A stretch of DNA of 64,000 bases from Octopus bimaculoides (lineage: Eukaryota): contig NC_068983.1 of assembly GCF_001194135.2 (NCBI RefSeq), positions 76,937,653 to 77,001,652 of the forward strand, written 5' to 3'. Both the position numbers and the translations under genes were made by a program. The notes under the pieces are model-generated. The model had not been told where the DNA came from and searched no databases. It saw only the letters and a list, made by a program, of their open reading frames with translations. Shown one piece after another: positions 39,928-50,929 of the stretch (position 1 is the first letter of the stretch; every line of letters starts with the position of its first letter).

Positions 39928-40268
39928 NNNNNNNNNNNNNNNNNNNNNNNNNNNNNNNNNNNNNNNNNNNNNNNNNNNNNNNNNNNNNNNNNNNNNNNNN
40001 NNNNNNNNNNNNNNNNNNNNNNNNNNNNNNNNNNNNNNNNNNNNNNNNNNNNNNNNNNNNNNNNNNNNNNNNNNNNNNNNNNNNNNNNNNNNNNNNNNNN
40101 NNNNNNNNNNNNNNNNNNNNNNNNNNNNNNNNNNNNNNNNNNNNNNNNNNNNNNNNNNNNNNNNNNNNNNNNNNNNNNNNATATATACAACAAGAAATAA
40201 TATTTATCTCTTATGGAAACAAAAGGGTTTATAGGACTGCGAAAGAAGTGCTGAAATATGAGACGAAG

Positions 40269-40765
40269 ATAAAGAAGCATTGGTTATAGAACAGATATTA
40301 AATTTTGGTCTACGATTTTACATATAACACCACCCCTCAAACATTTAATCGTATATAAAAAACACACCATGGTCTACAAACACAAAAAATAATACATATA
40401 CATAAAATCGCAGAAAGTAAAATATATATATTCTGATAAAATACAAATAGAACGGCTTATCAAAAGTTAAATATAACGACTAACAATTCCAACCTATCAA
40501 AAAGTCTAATGAACAAATATAAAATAAATAAAGATTAAAACAAAAATAAAATAATTTTCAACCGACTATAAAGATTTTATCAGACGATTAAAATATTTTT
40601 TTAAAATTATTTTAAATTAAAAAAAAACATTTTAATAAGTCGTTTACTTCCCTCACACAGGTACGTCAAAAGTTCATAATAAACAGATATCACAGGTCAA
40701 ATTCAACATTCACATATATCTATGGCCATTTCTGGAGCTCGGCACCGCAGTTCACTTACACTAAA
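40269..40765 (-). repeat. Left arm of long inverted repeat (sense pseudo-LTR)
   Basis: Reverse complement aligns throughout with 43422-44000 (e.g. TTTTGATAAGCCGTTCTATTTGTATTTTAT, GTTTGTAGACCATGGTG, CCAATGCTTCTTTAT). Confidence 0.9.
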
Positions 40766-40802
40766 GTACATTATGGCGATGACCCTCTCACCAGGATAAA
40801 CA
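40713..40802 (-). ncRNA. Degenerate type I hammerhead ribozyme in Penelope pseudo-LTR
   Basis: 5'-TGTTTATC CTGGTGA GA GGGT CATCGC...GCGGTG CCGAGCTCCA GAAA TGGCCA TA GATATATG-3': stem I pairing, core one substitution from CTGATGA, extended stem II, palindromic TGGCCA. The inverted copy has ACCC-GAAA, which pairs with GGGT. Confidence 0.55.
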
Positions 40803-40835
40803 AGAAATATGCACAGATCAAACCTTTTATGAAAA

Positions 40836-42397
40836 TATTTCTTTATTAACCACAAGGGGCACACACAGAAAGGACAACACAATACGTGTGGGGATATATA
40901 ACAATTAAAATAATAAAATTATGATAAACATGAACGAGCTACCTACCCCGACCTCAGTAGCACCATTTACGTCCCTCTACATCCAGTTCATGTTGATTCC
41001 ATAACTTTCTTTCAATTCCTTATCTTCAATTTCATTTGGCGCATCCCTTATATCGATAATCATATTTCTGTATCTAACACCCTCCTTACATTCTTTAACC
41101 TCTCTCATCCGACATTCCGGCACCAATACACTAGCGACCATATTTTCCTTTTTAACTCCTTTCGTACTAACAAATTTCACTTCTCTCCATTGCAACAATT
41201 TCTCCACCAGTTTCTTATCCACACCATTAAACAACACAGAAGCATAACACATGGTATGGGAGTTTTGTAAATTTTTGTGTGTTTGCACTTCTTTTTTCTG
41301 TTTTTGTGTCGGTGGGGGATGGGTGGGTTTGGTGTCTGCGGTGGGAGGGTAGGGTTGTGGGGTGGGTACGGGTTGGAGTTCACTTTGATTGTCATTCTTC
41401 CTCTTCCTCTTGTTTCGCTTTCCAGCCACTCTCCAGACTTCTTCCTAATCTGTTTCATCTCTATCTTCCACCATCTCCTTCACCTTCTCAGCTTTTTCCT
41501 GGGTTTGCTTGTGTCTTTGAGGGTATTCCACTCTAATATGGCCCTTTTGGCCACATTTATAGCAGCTAGGGTTTCTGCCCTCCACCCACATTTTAATCAC
41601 CGTTTCTCTTACAGTCACCGTTTCTAACAATTTTTCCAAATTTTCTGCTGACCATGGTATCTAGACTTTTCCCTCGCCAATTTGTTACTGCAGTCTCCGT
41701 AACTTGGAGCTCAGCCACCTGTTTCTCACTTCCAAGGAGCACTGCCGCCGCTGCCCAAGCCAGATCTATATCAGGTGGTATTCCCTCCACCCTGATTCTG
41801 GAAGTTCTTCCAAGACATGTGGTTAAGAGAATCAGCCTTTCTGTCTTCATTGCTTTCACTGAGTGTTCCTTTACCTTTTCTCTATTTCTGAAGCATACAT
41901 CCGTAATGCCGGAACGGCTTCCTCTGGCAATATATACTATGTTTTGCCAGATTGGCTTCAAAGCCTTTTTTATTCTGTTTGTAGGCTCATTTTCCATTTT
42001 CCTTCCTTAATTGAGTACACTTTATAAATTATTTCCCTTTCTTCTATACTTCTTAGGACTTCCTTCGTTAGTGACAATTTCACTTAATTTTCCAACATTT
42101 TCCCAAAAGTCTTCAGGTTTCTAAGGTTTACCTCCTTCTTTGAGACTCCCGTCACCTCCGCGAAACTTTTCATCTCTAGGCATTTCTCCGTTTTATCAAT
42201 AGCTCTGACCAGCTCCTTCTCGGATGACGATAATTGTGAAATCGACATCTCTGATCCACTCAGGTCCGAGTACAACATATTTGTCTTCCCAGACTCAGCC
42301 ATTTCTCCTCAAAACGTTGAGGGTCAGCACAATCACATAAACTGCTGCAAAGAAGCACAAAAACAATAATACTTCGCAATAAAAGAGGAAATACACT
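40836..42397 (-). mobile_element. ORF1-only non-LTR retroelement (HAL1-like, L1/Tx1-type gag) with 22-bp TSD
   Basis: Single ORF1-like frame, short 3' UTR ending CCCCTTGTGGTTAATAAAGAAAT, flanked by CAGATCAAACCTTTTATGAAAA (40814-40835) and CAGATCAAAGTTTGTATGAAAA (42398-42419), 19/22 identical. No EN or RT sequence seen. Confidence 0.75.
40977..42302 (-). pseudogene. Disrupted ORF1/gag-like protein (about 440 aa when reconstructed): RRM-like region, CCHC zinc knuckle, basic and Pro-rich linker, C-terminal domain
   Basis: ORF-track pieces 42084-42302, 41593-41997, 41445-41639 and 40977-41429 join with two frameshifts and one stop; SRIRVEGIPPDI and MWVEGRNPSCYKCGQKGHIRVEYP (CX2CX4HX4C, last C mutated to Y). 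Confidence 0.7.
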
Positions 42398-43421
42398 CAG
42401 ATCAAAGTTTGTATGAAAAGTTTATACTTTTAATGAAAAGCTTATATACTTTAAGAAGAACCAATCAGCAGACCAGTCCAAATTTTCTATAGAAAAAAGA
42501 GACTATTGCTAAACAGCCACGTTGCTGTAGTTAACAGAAATAAGTTTTTGGCTCCAAAGACTTAAGGGTTGCAAAATATTCGTTTACAAAACAACTTACA
42601 CTTATTTGTATATTTACTCTGAAGTAAGGGGTTCTCGAAATAACGGACCATTCCAGAGAATAACTCTCATTATTCCTCGTTAGATTGTGTAAATAAGATG
42701 CGAGTGTGGTAGAGCTACAGTATTTTTCGTTTGAGAACGAGCTCATATGGGACATATATCTAGCCATAAAATTTACTGTACTACCTATATAAAACTTAAA
42801 TTATAAAACTTAAATTATCCTCATCCTTAACAACGCATTTATATATTGCATTAGAAATTAGACAGAACCAGTCAAAGGTTTCTATAAATCATATGGTTTC
42901 CCAGGGCCATGCCTAGCCTAATTTCTATAATTAACAGTACTTGTCAGGTTTCTCACATTCACTCATTCACATCTCTCATTACTGGGGTTCGATACACCAG
43001 GTGGGAGCAAAATGTTGGCATCACTAACCTTAGGCGTATCATAACTTACCTGCCCAGAACCAAGATTTCCATCAGAACATCTCCAGTGCCCTTGCCCATT
43101 TAACTTGCCTTTATTTATAGATGCAATAATGGAGGTCAAATTTGACATTACTGAGTAAGAGAAATTGATAGAAGACTTATTGCAAATGCTATAGTATTTA
43201 TGACTCTTAGGGAAGTCTCCTCCAGAATCCTAAAAAATCATCTTGGGCAAATTTCTCACTCTAAGAGAAAAAGGGGGTGACGAACCATATTGCTTCTCTT
43301 ACTCTAGAAAGTGAGCTCTTGGTTTAACTAATCTCCACACTAGTACTATTTCGCTCCCTATACCTATTTCTAACATCTTTAAATACGTTTCTAACCAACG
43401 GCTTATTTTGGTTGCTATCGT

Positions 43422-44000
43422 TTTAGTGTAAATGAACTACGGTGGTGAGCACCCGAAATGGCCATAGATATATGTAAATGTTGAATTTGACCGGTGTTAT
43501 CTGTTTATTATGAACTTTGAACGTACGTGTGTGAGGGGAGTAAAAGACGTTTTTCAAGATGTATGTGAATTGGACCTGCTTATATATGAAATTTGAACGT
43601 ACCTGTGTGAGGGAAGGAAAAGACTTGTTCAAATATTGAAAAAAAAATTAATAATTTAAAAAAATATATTTTAAACGTATGATAAAATCATTTTAGTCGG
43701 TTGACACTTCTTTTATTTTATTTTTATTTTTATCTTTATTTATTTATATTTGTCCATTAGGCCTTTTGATAGTTTTGAATTTTTAGTCGGTTTTTTTAAC
43801 TTTTGATAAGCCGTTCTATTTGTATTTTATTAGAATATATATTTTTGCATCCTGTGATTTTACGTATATGTATTATCTTTTATGTGTTTGTAGACCATGG
43901 TGCTTTTTACATATGATTAAATGAATGTTTGAGGTGTGTTGTTGTATGTAGAGTCGTTGACCCAAATTTAATGTTTGCTCTATCACCAATGCTTCTTTAT
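43422..44000 (+). repeat. Right arm of long inverted repeat (inverted pseudo-LTR) with an internal tandem duplication of about 68 bp
   Basis: Inverted match to 40269-40765; TTTGAACGTACxTGTGTGAGGG..AAAAGAC occurs twice (about 43516 and 43592); ends next to (TA)n. Confidence 0.9.
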
Positions 44001-46968
44001 ATATATATATATATATATAGCACAAATAATGAGATGTTTATGAATTTTAAACTTTGTGCAGCCGATTAAGAATTAAAACAAATATCATACATTATGGATT
44101 ATTGTTGTGTTTAATTTAAACATCTTCACATGTTGAAGAACATGAAAATACGTGTCGTTATCAGTTGAAGTGAAATTTCTTATTTTTGAGACACTCGTCT
44201 GGTATGTAAGGTATTCACATTTGTTACACTGTGTAACAAAAGTTTTATTTCATTTTTCTCTATTTGGTCGGCAAGTGTTATTTTCTATTTGCTTATATCT
44301 AGACATCAAATGAAGTGGCAACCTTCAAATTTCGCTTTTGTAACCTGGACATGAATGTTTTGAAACCGGCCTAATTTCCATTACATTTCAGATAGACTTA
44401 ATGCTGAATTGCTGAAGCAGAAATATCGTTATAGTATATATTCTACTCAATGTTACAGATTTGCTTGTCAATTGCTTCACCTTAACCAATATTTGCATCT
44501 CTGATCATGACCAGGAATAGTAGGGAAGCATTATAACCATGCCTTGAGTAAGATTCTCTGAGGTTTGAATGAATGTAATAAAAGCAACGTTTGAAGGAAA
44601 TATTAGCCAGATTTCAAACTTTCTAGTGATAAGCAAATAGAAATTAACAGTGGCTACCCAAGGAGAAGTATTGTGTTATACAGTGATATCAGAAATATGC
44701 AAGGACAATATACAAAAAAGGGGAACGATAATGTAGGTAAATTTACGTTTCTCTACATAGGAATTGAATTCATGTTTCAAACATTTATTTCCAGGACACG
44801 CAGAATACCGCTCATTGAAAATGTTGGTGTATAATATAATCTAAGCAAGCTTCATTAAATAATTGAAAACAGGTCAAACTTTCTGCTTGAAGTATACTTC
44901 TATTTCATTTGAGGCCTTTGTTGAATCTACGGATAACAACTCTTAAGGATACAGATAAAAGAAAACCACTACAAGTCTATCACTGTGAAGAATTATATAT
45001 TTAGAGAATGTACAGGCGATGAAATGAAGAAAAGTTTTTGGGGCGTTATTCAAATAGCAGTGATGGTCCAATACACAGAAATGTGTGACAGTTACAACAA
45101 AAGTGAAAAGCCATCGTGCATGTTTTTTCTTTTTTTTTTTTTTTTTGGCCGTCTCCACAAAAATAAATTCACTCTTAGAAATATTATTTGGTTATATGCC
45201 AGGTAACAGATAAAATACAGTTATTAATTTTAGCAGGATGTAATAGAATACTGATACCGTAACTATTAACAACTATATTTCAGCTAAATTTCTATCACGC
45301 GCATGTTAGTTATTTCAGAAATTTAAAATTATTCTTTCAGTAACGATGTCAATTCCATAGCTGAGTGATGTATAAGAATGCTGTTTCACAAACCGAAGGT
45401 ACAATGGTTTGTTTCATTATATATCAATGCAATTTACTTGTTTCCGTACATATCTTCGTTCAATTAACCGCTGAAATTACTTCACTGGCATTTCCTTAGT
45501 TTGCTGCATTACGCATAAATCCTTCATTTCACCCAAATAAGTTACACTGATACTCTAAGTCTTGAAATTGCCCACAAATCTCTCGGAACAAGAAAACTGA
45601 AGCACATACCTATGTGCAATTTAAAATGTATTAAAACTTACGCAAAACAGAAATTACAACGGATCTTTTTTGTTGGTGTTACTGTTAAGCAACATAAATA
45701 TATAATACTGTAGATATATAATTTATAAATATATAATATATTCTGTATTTGTTACTCATTTCAAATGATGAGGAGCAGATCATTGGGTGAACAACCAGGA
45801 TGTGGCGACGAATGATGTGTTCTCTACTGTTTAAGATAAAATCTAGTGACGAACATTATAACTTGTACCTTGATATCTTAAGCATTTGCACGGAGATAGT
45901 ATGGTACCCACTCCACAACAGTTATGGAGTGTATGGTGCTACTGATTTAACCTGAGAATCTGAACGTAAGAAAGGAAAATTAGATAAAAATAACAATTTA
46001 ATAACTTAAACGTGGAAAGAATATGAAAACTGAAATAAGTTTCAACGTACTACGAAAAGAATGAACATTCGATTTTACACACACTGGAAAATATAATATC
46101 ATGTATTCTTAGCCTTCCTTCGAACAAGTAATAACATAGGCGCAGATATAGTTACAAGATTAAAGGTGTTTGATTTGCCGGGCAGACAGAAATTAATTAA
46201 AGCCACCTCGATTAGACGGTAGGTATTTTGGAGCAGTTCAATCCAAACTCACTATTGGATGTCATTAGTTAACTCTGGATAAGATTTCTGGTCTGCACAT
46301 ACAAAAATGTTTCGCTGCCTTTCCATAAAGCTTGAAAAGGCCAGAGAATATCATGTTAATATTATCTCTCACAACACCATAACGACACAGTCTTCTTTCA
46401 GATATCTGAATATATTCTATGAACGAGAAATAGTTCAAGGGAACGGAAAATCAATTAGCAATAATGTAAATATATATTCCTTATGATAACCAGAAAAATA
46501 CAAAGTGGGAATATAGAATAAACTGTATGAGACAAACTGGAATTATAAGATATAATTTAAAGGAGTGAATGTCCACCAGTTGTTAAATGGAGCTACTATA
46601 ATTTAACAAACAGAAAAGAAGAGAAATTTGTTACTTAATCCAACTGTAAAGGATATGTGAAACTTTTGTCCTTATACAGTGCATAAAAATGGATTTCGTT
46701 CACATTTCTCTACTTCTTTGACCTTAATCGAAGTAAATTTCTCTAAGAGCTATGAGGCAGCCAAGACATTACACTGAAAACTCATAGTTAGACGATTATA
46801 TATATCACCAATATTCGACTTACAATCAACTGTTTTAAATTTCATGCAACCATACCCACTTCTGATTATAAACAAAATTCATCCGCAGAGATATTATTAG
46901 CAGTTCCTCGAGAGCATTTTCAATGGAACGAAATATTTTAGCAGTATATGTATACATATATATATGTG

Positions 46969-47007
<39 letters not shown>

Positions 47008-47620
47008 CTAAAAGTATATAGATATGTGGGTTGGGTGGGGTGGTGTTGTGGGTGAGCGTGTTATATATGCCTGTATATATATATATATATATATANNNNN
47101 NNNNNNNNNNNNNNNNNNNNNNNNNNNNNNNNNNNNNNNNNNNNNNNNNNNNNNNNNNNNNNNNNNNNNNNNNNNNNNNNNNNNNNNNNNNNNNNNNNNN
47201 NNNNNNNNNNNNNNNNNNNNNNNNNNNNNNNNNNNNNNNNNNNNNNNNNNNNNNNNNNNNNNNNNNNNNNNNNNNNNNNNNNNNNNNNNNNNNNNNNNNN
47301 NNNNNNNNNNNNNNNNNNNNNNNNNNNNNNNNNNNNNNNNNNNNNNNNNNNNNNNNNNNNNNNNNNNNNNNNNNNNNNNNNNNNNNNNNNNNNNNNNNNN
47401 NNNNNNNNNNNNNNNNNNNNNNNNNNNNNNNNNNNNNNNNNNNNNNNNNNNNNNNNNNNNNNNNNNNNNNNNNNNNNNNNNNNNNNNNNNNNNNNNNNNN
47501 NNNNNNNNNNNNNNNNNNNNNNNNNNNTCTGTGTGTGACTGTGTGTGTACAGATAAATGTGCATATATACATCTGCCTGTGTTTCTGTCGCTCCCCCTCC
47601 CTCCGTCTGTCTGTCTGTCG

Positions 47621-47712
<92 letters not shown>

Positions 47713-48419
47713 CTTCATATATGTATTATGTGTATATATATGTGTGTGTGTATGTATGTATAAATGTATGCATGTATGTATGTATGGATTTATATACATA
47801 ATCAATGGTATATATCATATGTAGAGAATGATGGTGAACAATGCCATTCCAATATTCTTTCTGAGATAAGCATACTTCATGGTTGCCGCTTTCATTTTGG
47901 TTAACTTCTTGTTGAAAGCAAATTTTGTAAGAAAATCATTTGGTGTTACAGTGCAACATTTTGCTAGTCTTCCATTTTCATACATGAATAGCTACTTTCT
48001 ATTAACAGCTAACAGCAGAAAAGGTTGTTAACGAGATTTCAATATCCTTACTGAAATCTGAATATGTTTGCGAAGAAACCTATGAATCTTTATTAAAATC
48101 ACCGTGTGAAAATCCACTGATGCAAACATATCAATGTACTTGCATGGATGTTGAGATATATCGATAAAGACCATGTAGAAGAGATGTTCAATCCTAGCTA
48201 AGAAATCTAATCTAATTTAATATAATTCGATTTTTCCTTCTTTCATTTTATTATCATTTCTGATATTTATCATGTAAAATGGTGTATGGCAATATTTAGA
48301 GTTAGGAAATTAGCATATAAAACACTAGTTTATACACTCGGCCTAAGACATTTATGAGAATATCAGTTATGGACAACACAAGGACTTCGGTAAGAAATGT
48401 TAGTAAATATTTAAATCCC

Positions 48420-48718
48420 AGCGACAACATTTTATTCCCTCGTCTCCTCCTACTCCTCCTCCCATTCCGTCTTCCTCCCTTTCCCTCCTCCTCCTCTTCC
48501 ATCTCTTTCTCCGCCGCTCCCTTCTCCTGTTCTACTTCTCTTCGTCCTTCAGTCTTTTTCCCGCCTTCTCTTCCTCCCCTCCTTTCCTTCTCTCCTCCTC
48601 CCTCTCCATCACGTCCTCTCCCCCTTCTCCTTTTCCTGCTCCGTCTGACCTCCTTCTCCAAATACCCTCCATGTTCACTGCTTCTTCTTCTTCTTCTTCT
48701 TCTTCTTCTTCTTCTCTT
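48420..48718. repeat. Polypyrimidine low-complexity tract ending in (CTT)n
   Basis: Directly visible; source of the spurious Glu/Arg-rich ORFs. Confidence 0.9.
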
Positions 48719-48734
48719 CGAAAATGCTGAGAAG

Positions 48735-48885
48735 CGCTGATCTCGGCAGAGCAATCCACTGGGAGCTATGTAGAAAACTAGGAGTTGAACATGAACTTAG
48801 TAAAATACTGGAAAGTAAGAAATATAAGATGTGGGACTGTAACATTCAGACTGAAAGAGCAATAGAAGCTAGAAGGCCTGATCTG

Positions 48886-48925
<40 letters not shown>

Positions 48926-49205
48926 ATAAAGAGAATAAAAAGTGCCCGACAATTGACTTTATAGTCCCAAAATAAAGAAAGAATTAATATGAGAAGTATA
49001 GAAAAAAACAGCCATGTAGCAGGACTTAGCTATTGAATTACAGAAATTATGGAAAGTGCAAGTAAAATACATTCTAGTAGTTATAGGTGTATTGGGAACT
49101 ATCCCTAAATATGTGAACAGAAGAAACAACAAATAATCAACAGCCGAAGACAACCCCCAAAACCATAAGAAACTTCTAACCAAAGCAAGATTTGCATCAG
49201 AGGGA
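48735..49205 (+). mobile_element. 3' fragment of an RLE-type (R4/NeSL-like) non-LTR retrotransposon: restriction-like endonuclease domain
   Basis: LGRAIHWELCRKLGVEH...KMWDCNIQTERAIEARRPDLV(V)nDKENKKCPTIDFIVP: the IHW..C and WD..IQT....ARRPD..D motifs typical of RLE domains. Confidence 0.85.
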
Positions 49206-49219
49206 GAAATGATGGCAGT

Positions 49220-49700
49220 TACCAAATGTGGGACATGATATTTAATAGTATAGGGACCAGCCAAAAATTCAAGTATGAAAATGAATTAAAGGTGAATGCA
49301 AATATGAACTGCAAAAGCATAAAACCTAATTTAGTGTATCCCATGTCCACCATGCAACGCACATTATATTGGGGAAACAGAAACGAAACCAACCAACAGT
49401 GTAAATGTGCATAGACATCAAATAAAACATCCAGCACTTAGATGCACACCATGTAGCGATCATTTGGACACATGTGCACAAGGAAAATTTACAATTTTCC
49501 CACTTCATAAAATAAATGAAGAGAACGACCTTCTCCGGAAGGCAAAAGAAGTATATTGCATAAGTCTGAAACTAAACCGGAAATAGTCAACAACAATTTT
49601 ACTGAAGACAACTTACACATTATATATAATAACACGTGCTTGAAACCGTTAAAAAGTGTAAGCGCTTGCACATCTAAGCAAAGCCTACACACATTATGTG
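49220..49700 (+). mobile_element. Penelope-like GIY-YIG endonuclease 3' fragment plus start of pseudo-LTR
   Basis: MNCKS/NLI*CIPCPPCNAHYIGETETK...VHRHQIKHP...SDHLDTCAQGKFTIFPLHKI...RKAKEVY; related to the 6544-6762 copy. Confidence 0.8.
49596..49655 (+). ncRNA. Degenerate hammerhead ribozyme candidate
   Basis: TTTTA CTGAAGA CAACTTACAC...GTGCTT GAAA CCGT TAAAA immediately after the Penelope ORF end; perfect core, but stem II base and cleavage region damaged. Confidence 0.45.
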
Positions 49701-49819
49701 AAATCTCTTCCCAAAGTTTAGTGTCTTTCGACTTTCTAAAAAATTCTTTTCTCAGTCTTAACTCTGAGAAAAAAGACTGTAAATATATATATATATATAT
49801 GTATCTATATATCTTTCTA

Positions 49820-49864
<45 letters not shown>

Positions 49865-50036
49865 NNNNNNNNNNNNNNNNNNNNNNNNNNNNNNNNNNNN
49901 NNNNNNNNNNNNNNNNNNNNNNNNNNNNNNNNNNNNNNNNNNNNNNNNNNNNNNNNNNNNNNNNNNNNNNNNNNNNNNNNNNNNNNNNNNNNNNNNNNNN
50001 NNNNNNNNNNNNNNNNNNNNNNNNNNNNNNNNNNNN

Positions 50037-50245
50037 GTCAGTATTTGTGTGTCTGTGTTTGTCCCCCATCATCGCTTGACAACCGATGTTGTCTTTACGC
50101 CCTCGTAATATAGCGGTTCGGCAAAAGAGACCTTTAGAATAAGTAGTAGGCTTACAAAGAGTAAGTTTTGGTGTAGATTTTTCGACTAAAGGCGCTGCTC
50201 TAGCATGACCGCTATCAAATGACTGAAACAAGTAAAAAATAAAAG
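50037..50245 (+). mobile_element. SINE family C 3' half (5' part in gap)
   Basis: GTGTTTGTCCCCCATCATCGCTTGACAACCGATG...CAAATGACTGAAACAAGTAAAA matches the reverse complement of 28255-28480. Confidence 0.85.
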
Positions 50246-50261
50246 AATATGGACGCTGAGC

Positions 50262-50929
50262 TGAATCGCAAAAATTCTCGAGTGATTGCATACACCATTT
50301 CTGGCGTGCCCTTTGTGTTTGAGTCTAAGAATCCTGCCTTTCTGATGGTAATTGCTGCCGTGGCGAGTGATGGAAAAATTTGAGATCCACATTTCGTTGA
50401 GTCTGGTTTGAAAATCGTCATCACAAAAGAGTTTTTGGACATTCTGGAGACCTCTCTGTTACCTTGGATGGAGCAAAAGTTTGGGCTTGACAATGTGCTG
50501 CTTTTTCAGGATTCTGCATCATGCAATGGAGGAAAAGCGACACAGGCCTTCCTTGGTGAGAAAGTGCCATTTTTGTGGGAGCCCTTATCTGGTTCAGTAA
50601 TAGTCCAGATCTCAACCTTCTCGATTACATTTCATGGGGCATACTTCAAGCAAGGGCCAATGCTTCACTACACTCGAGTGTCAACAATTTGAAGACCTGC
50701 ATCGTGCGTGCGACACGCCTAATCAACAAGGCGGATGTTGCGGTAGTTGCAAAAAAATTTCGTTGTCGTGTGGAAGCAGTGATTGTCCAAAATGTCGTCC
50801 ATATTGAGTGGTGTTTTTGTTGTAATAAATGAGACATTAAAATTATATCTGTCTACTACCAGTATTTTAATATTTATAGTCAGTTTTATGCAATCGTAAA
50901 AATTGTCCTAGTTTATCTTCAAGACCGTG
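50262..50929 (+). mobile_element. maT/DD37D-like transposase 3' half with right terminus
   Basis: KNPAFLMVIAAVASDGK, FLDILETSLLPW, LLFQDSASC, NSPDLNLLDYISWGILQ, KKFRCRVEAVI; ends TTATCTTCAAGACCGTG-TA. Confidence 0.85.

Larger units (their letters stand above)
40269..44000 (-). mobile_element. 5'-truncated Penelope-like element flanked by inverted pseudo-LTRs, interrupted by a nested insertion
   Basis: WFVTPFSLRV, DFPKSHKYYSICNKSSINFSYSVMSNLTSIIASINK (RT-EN linker) and HMSSFSNEKYCSSTTLASYLHNL...YSLEWSVISR (GIY-YIG C-terminus) at 42500-43300. About 500-bp inverted repeats at 40269-40765 and 43422-44000. Confidence 0.8.

Noticed and set aside
40269-44000. DNA transposon with 500-bp TIRs
   Set aside because: The interior encodes Penelope linker/GIY-YIG and the arm contains the hammerhead; inverted pseudo-LTRs explain it better.
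48302-48754. Arg/Glu-rich 150-aa ORF and overlapping Leu/Ser/Pro-rich ORF
   Set aside because: Translations of a low-complexity CT-rich tract; no domain content.
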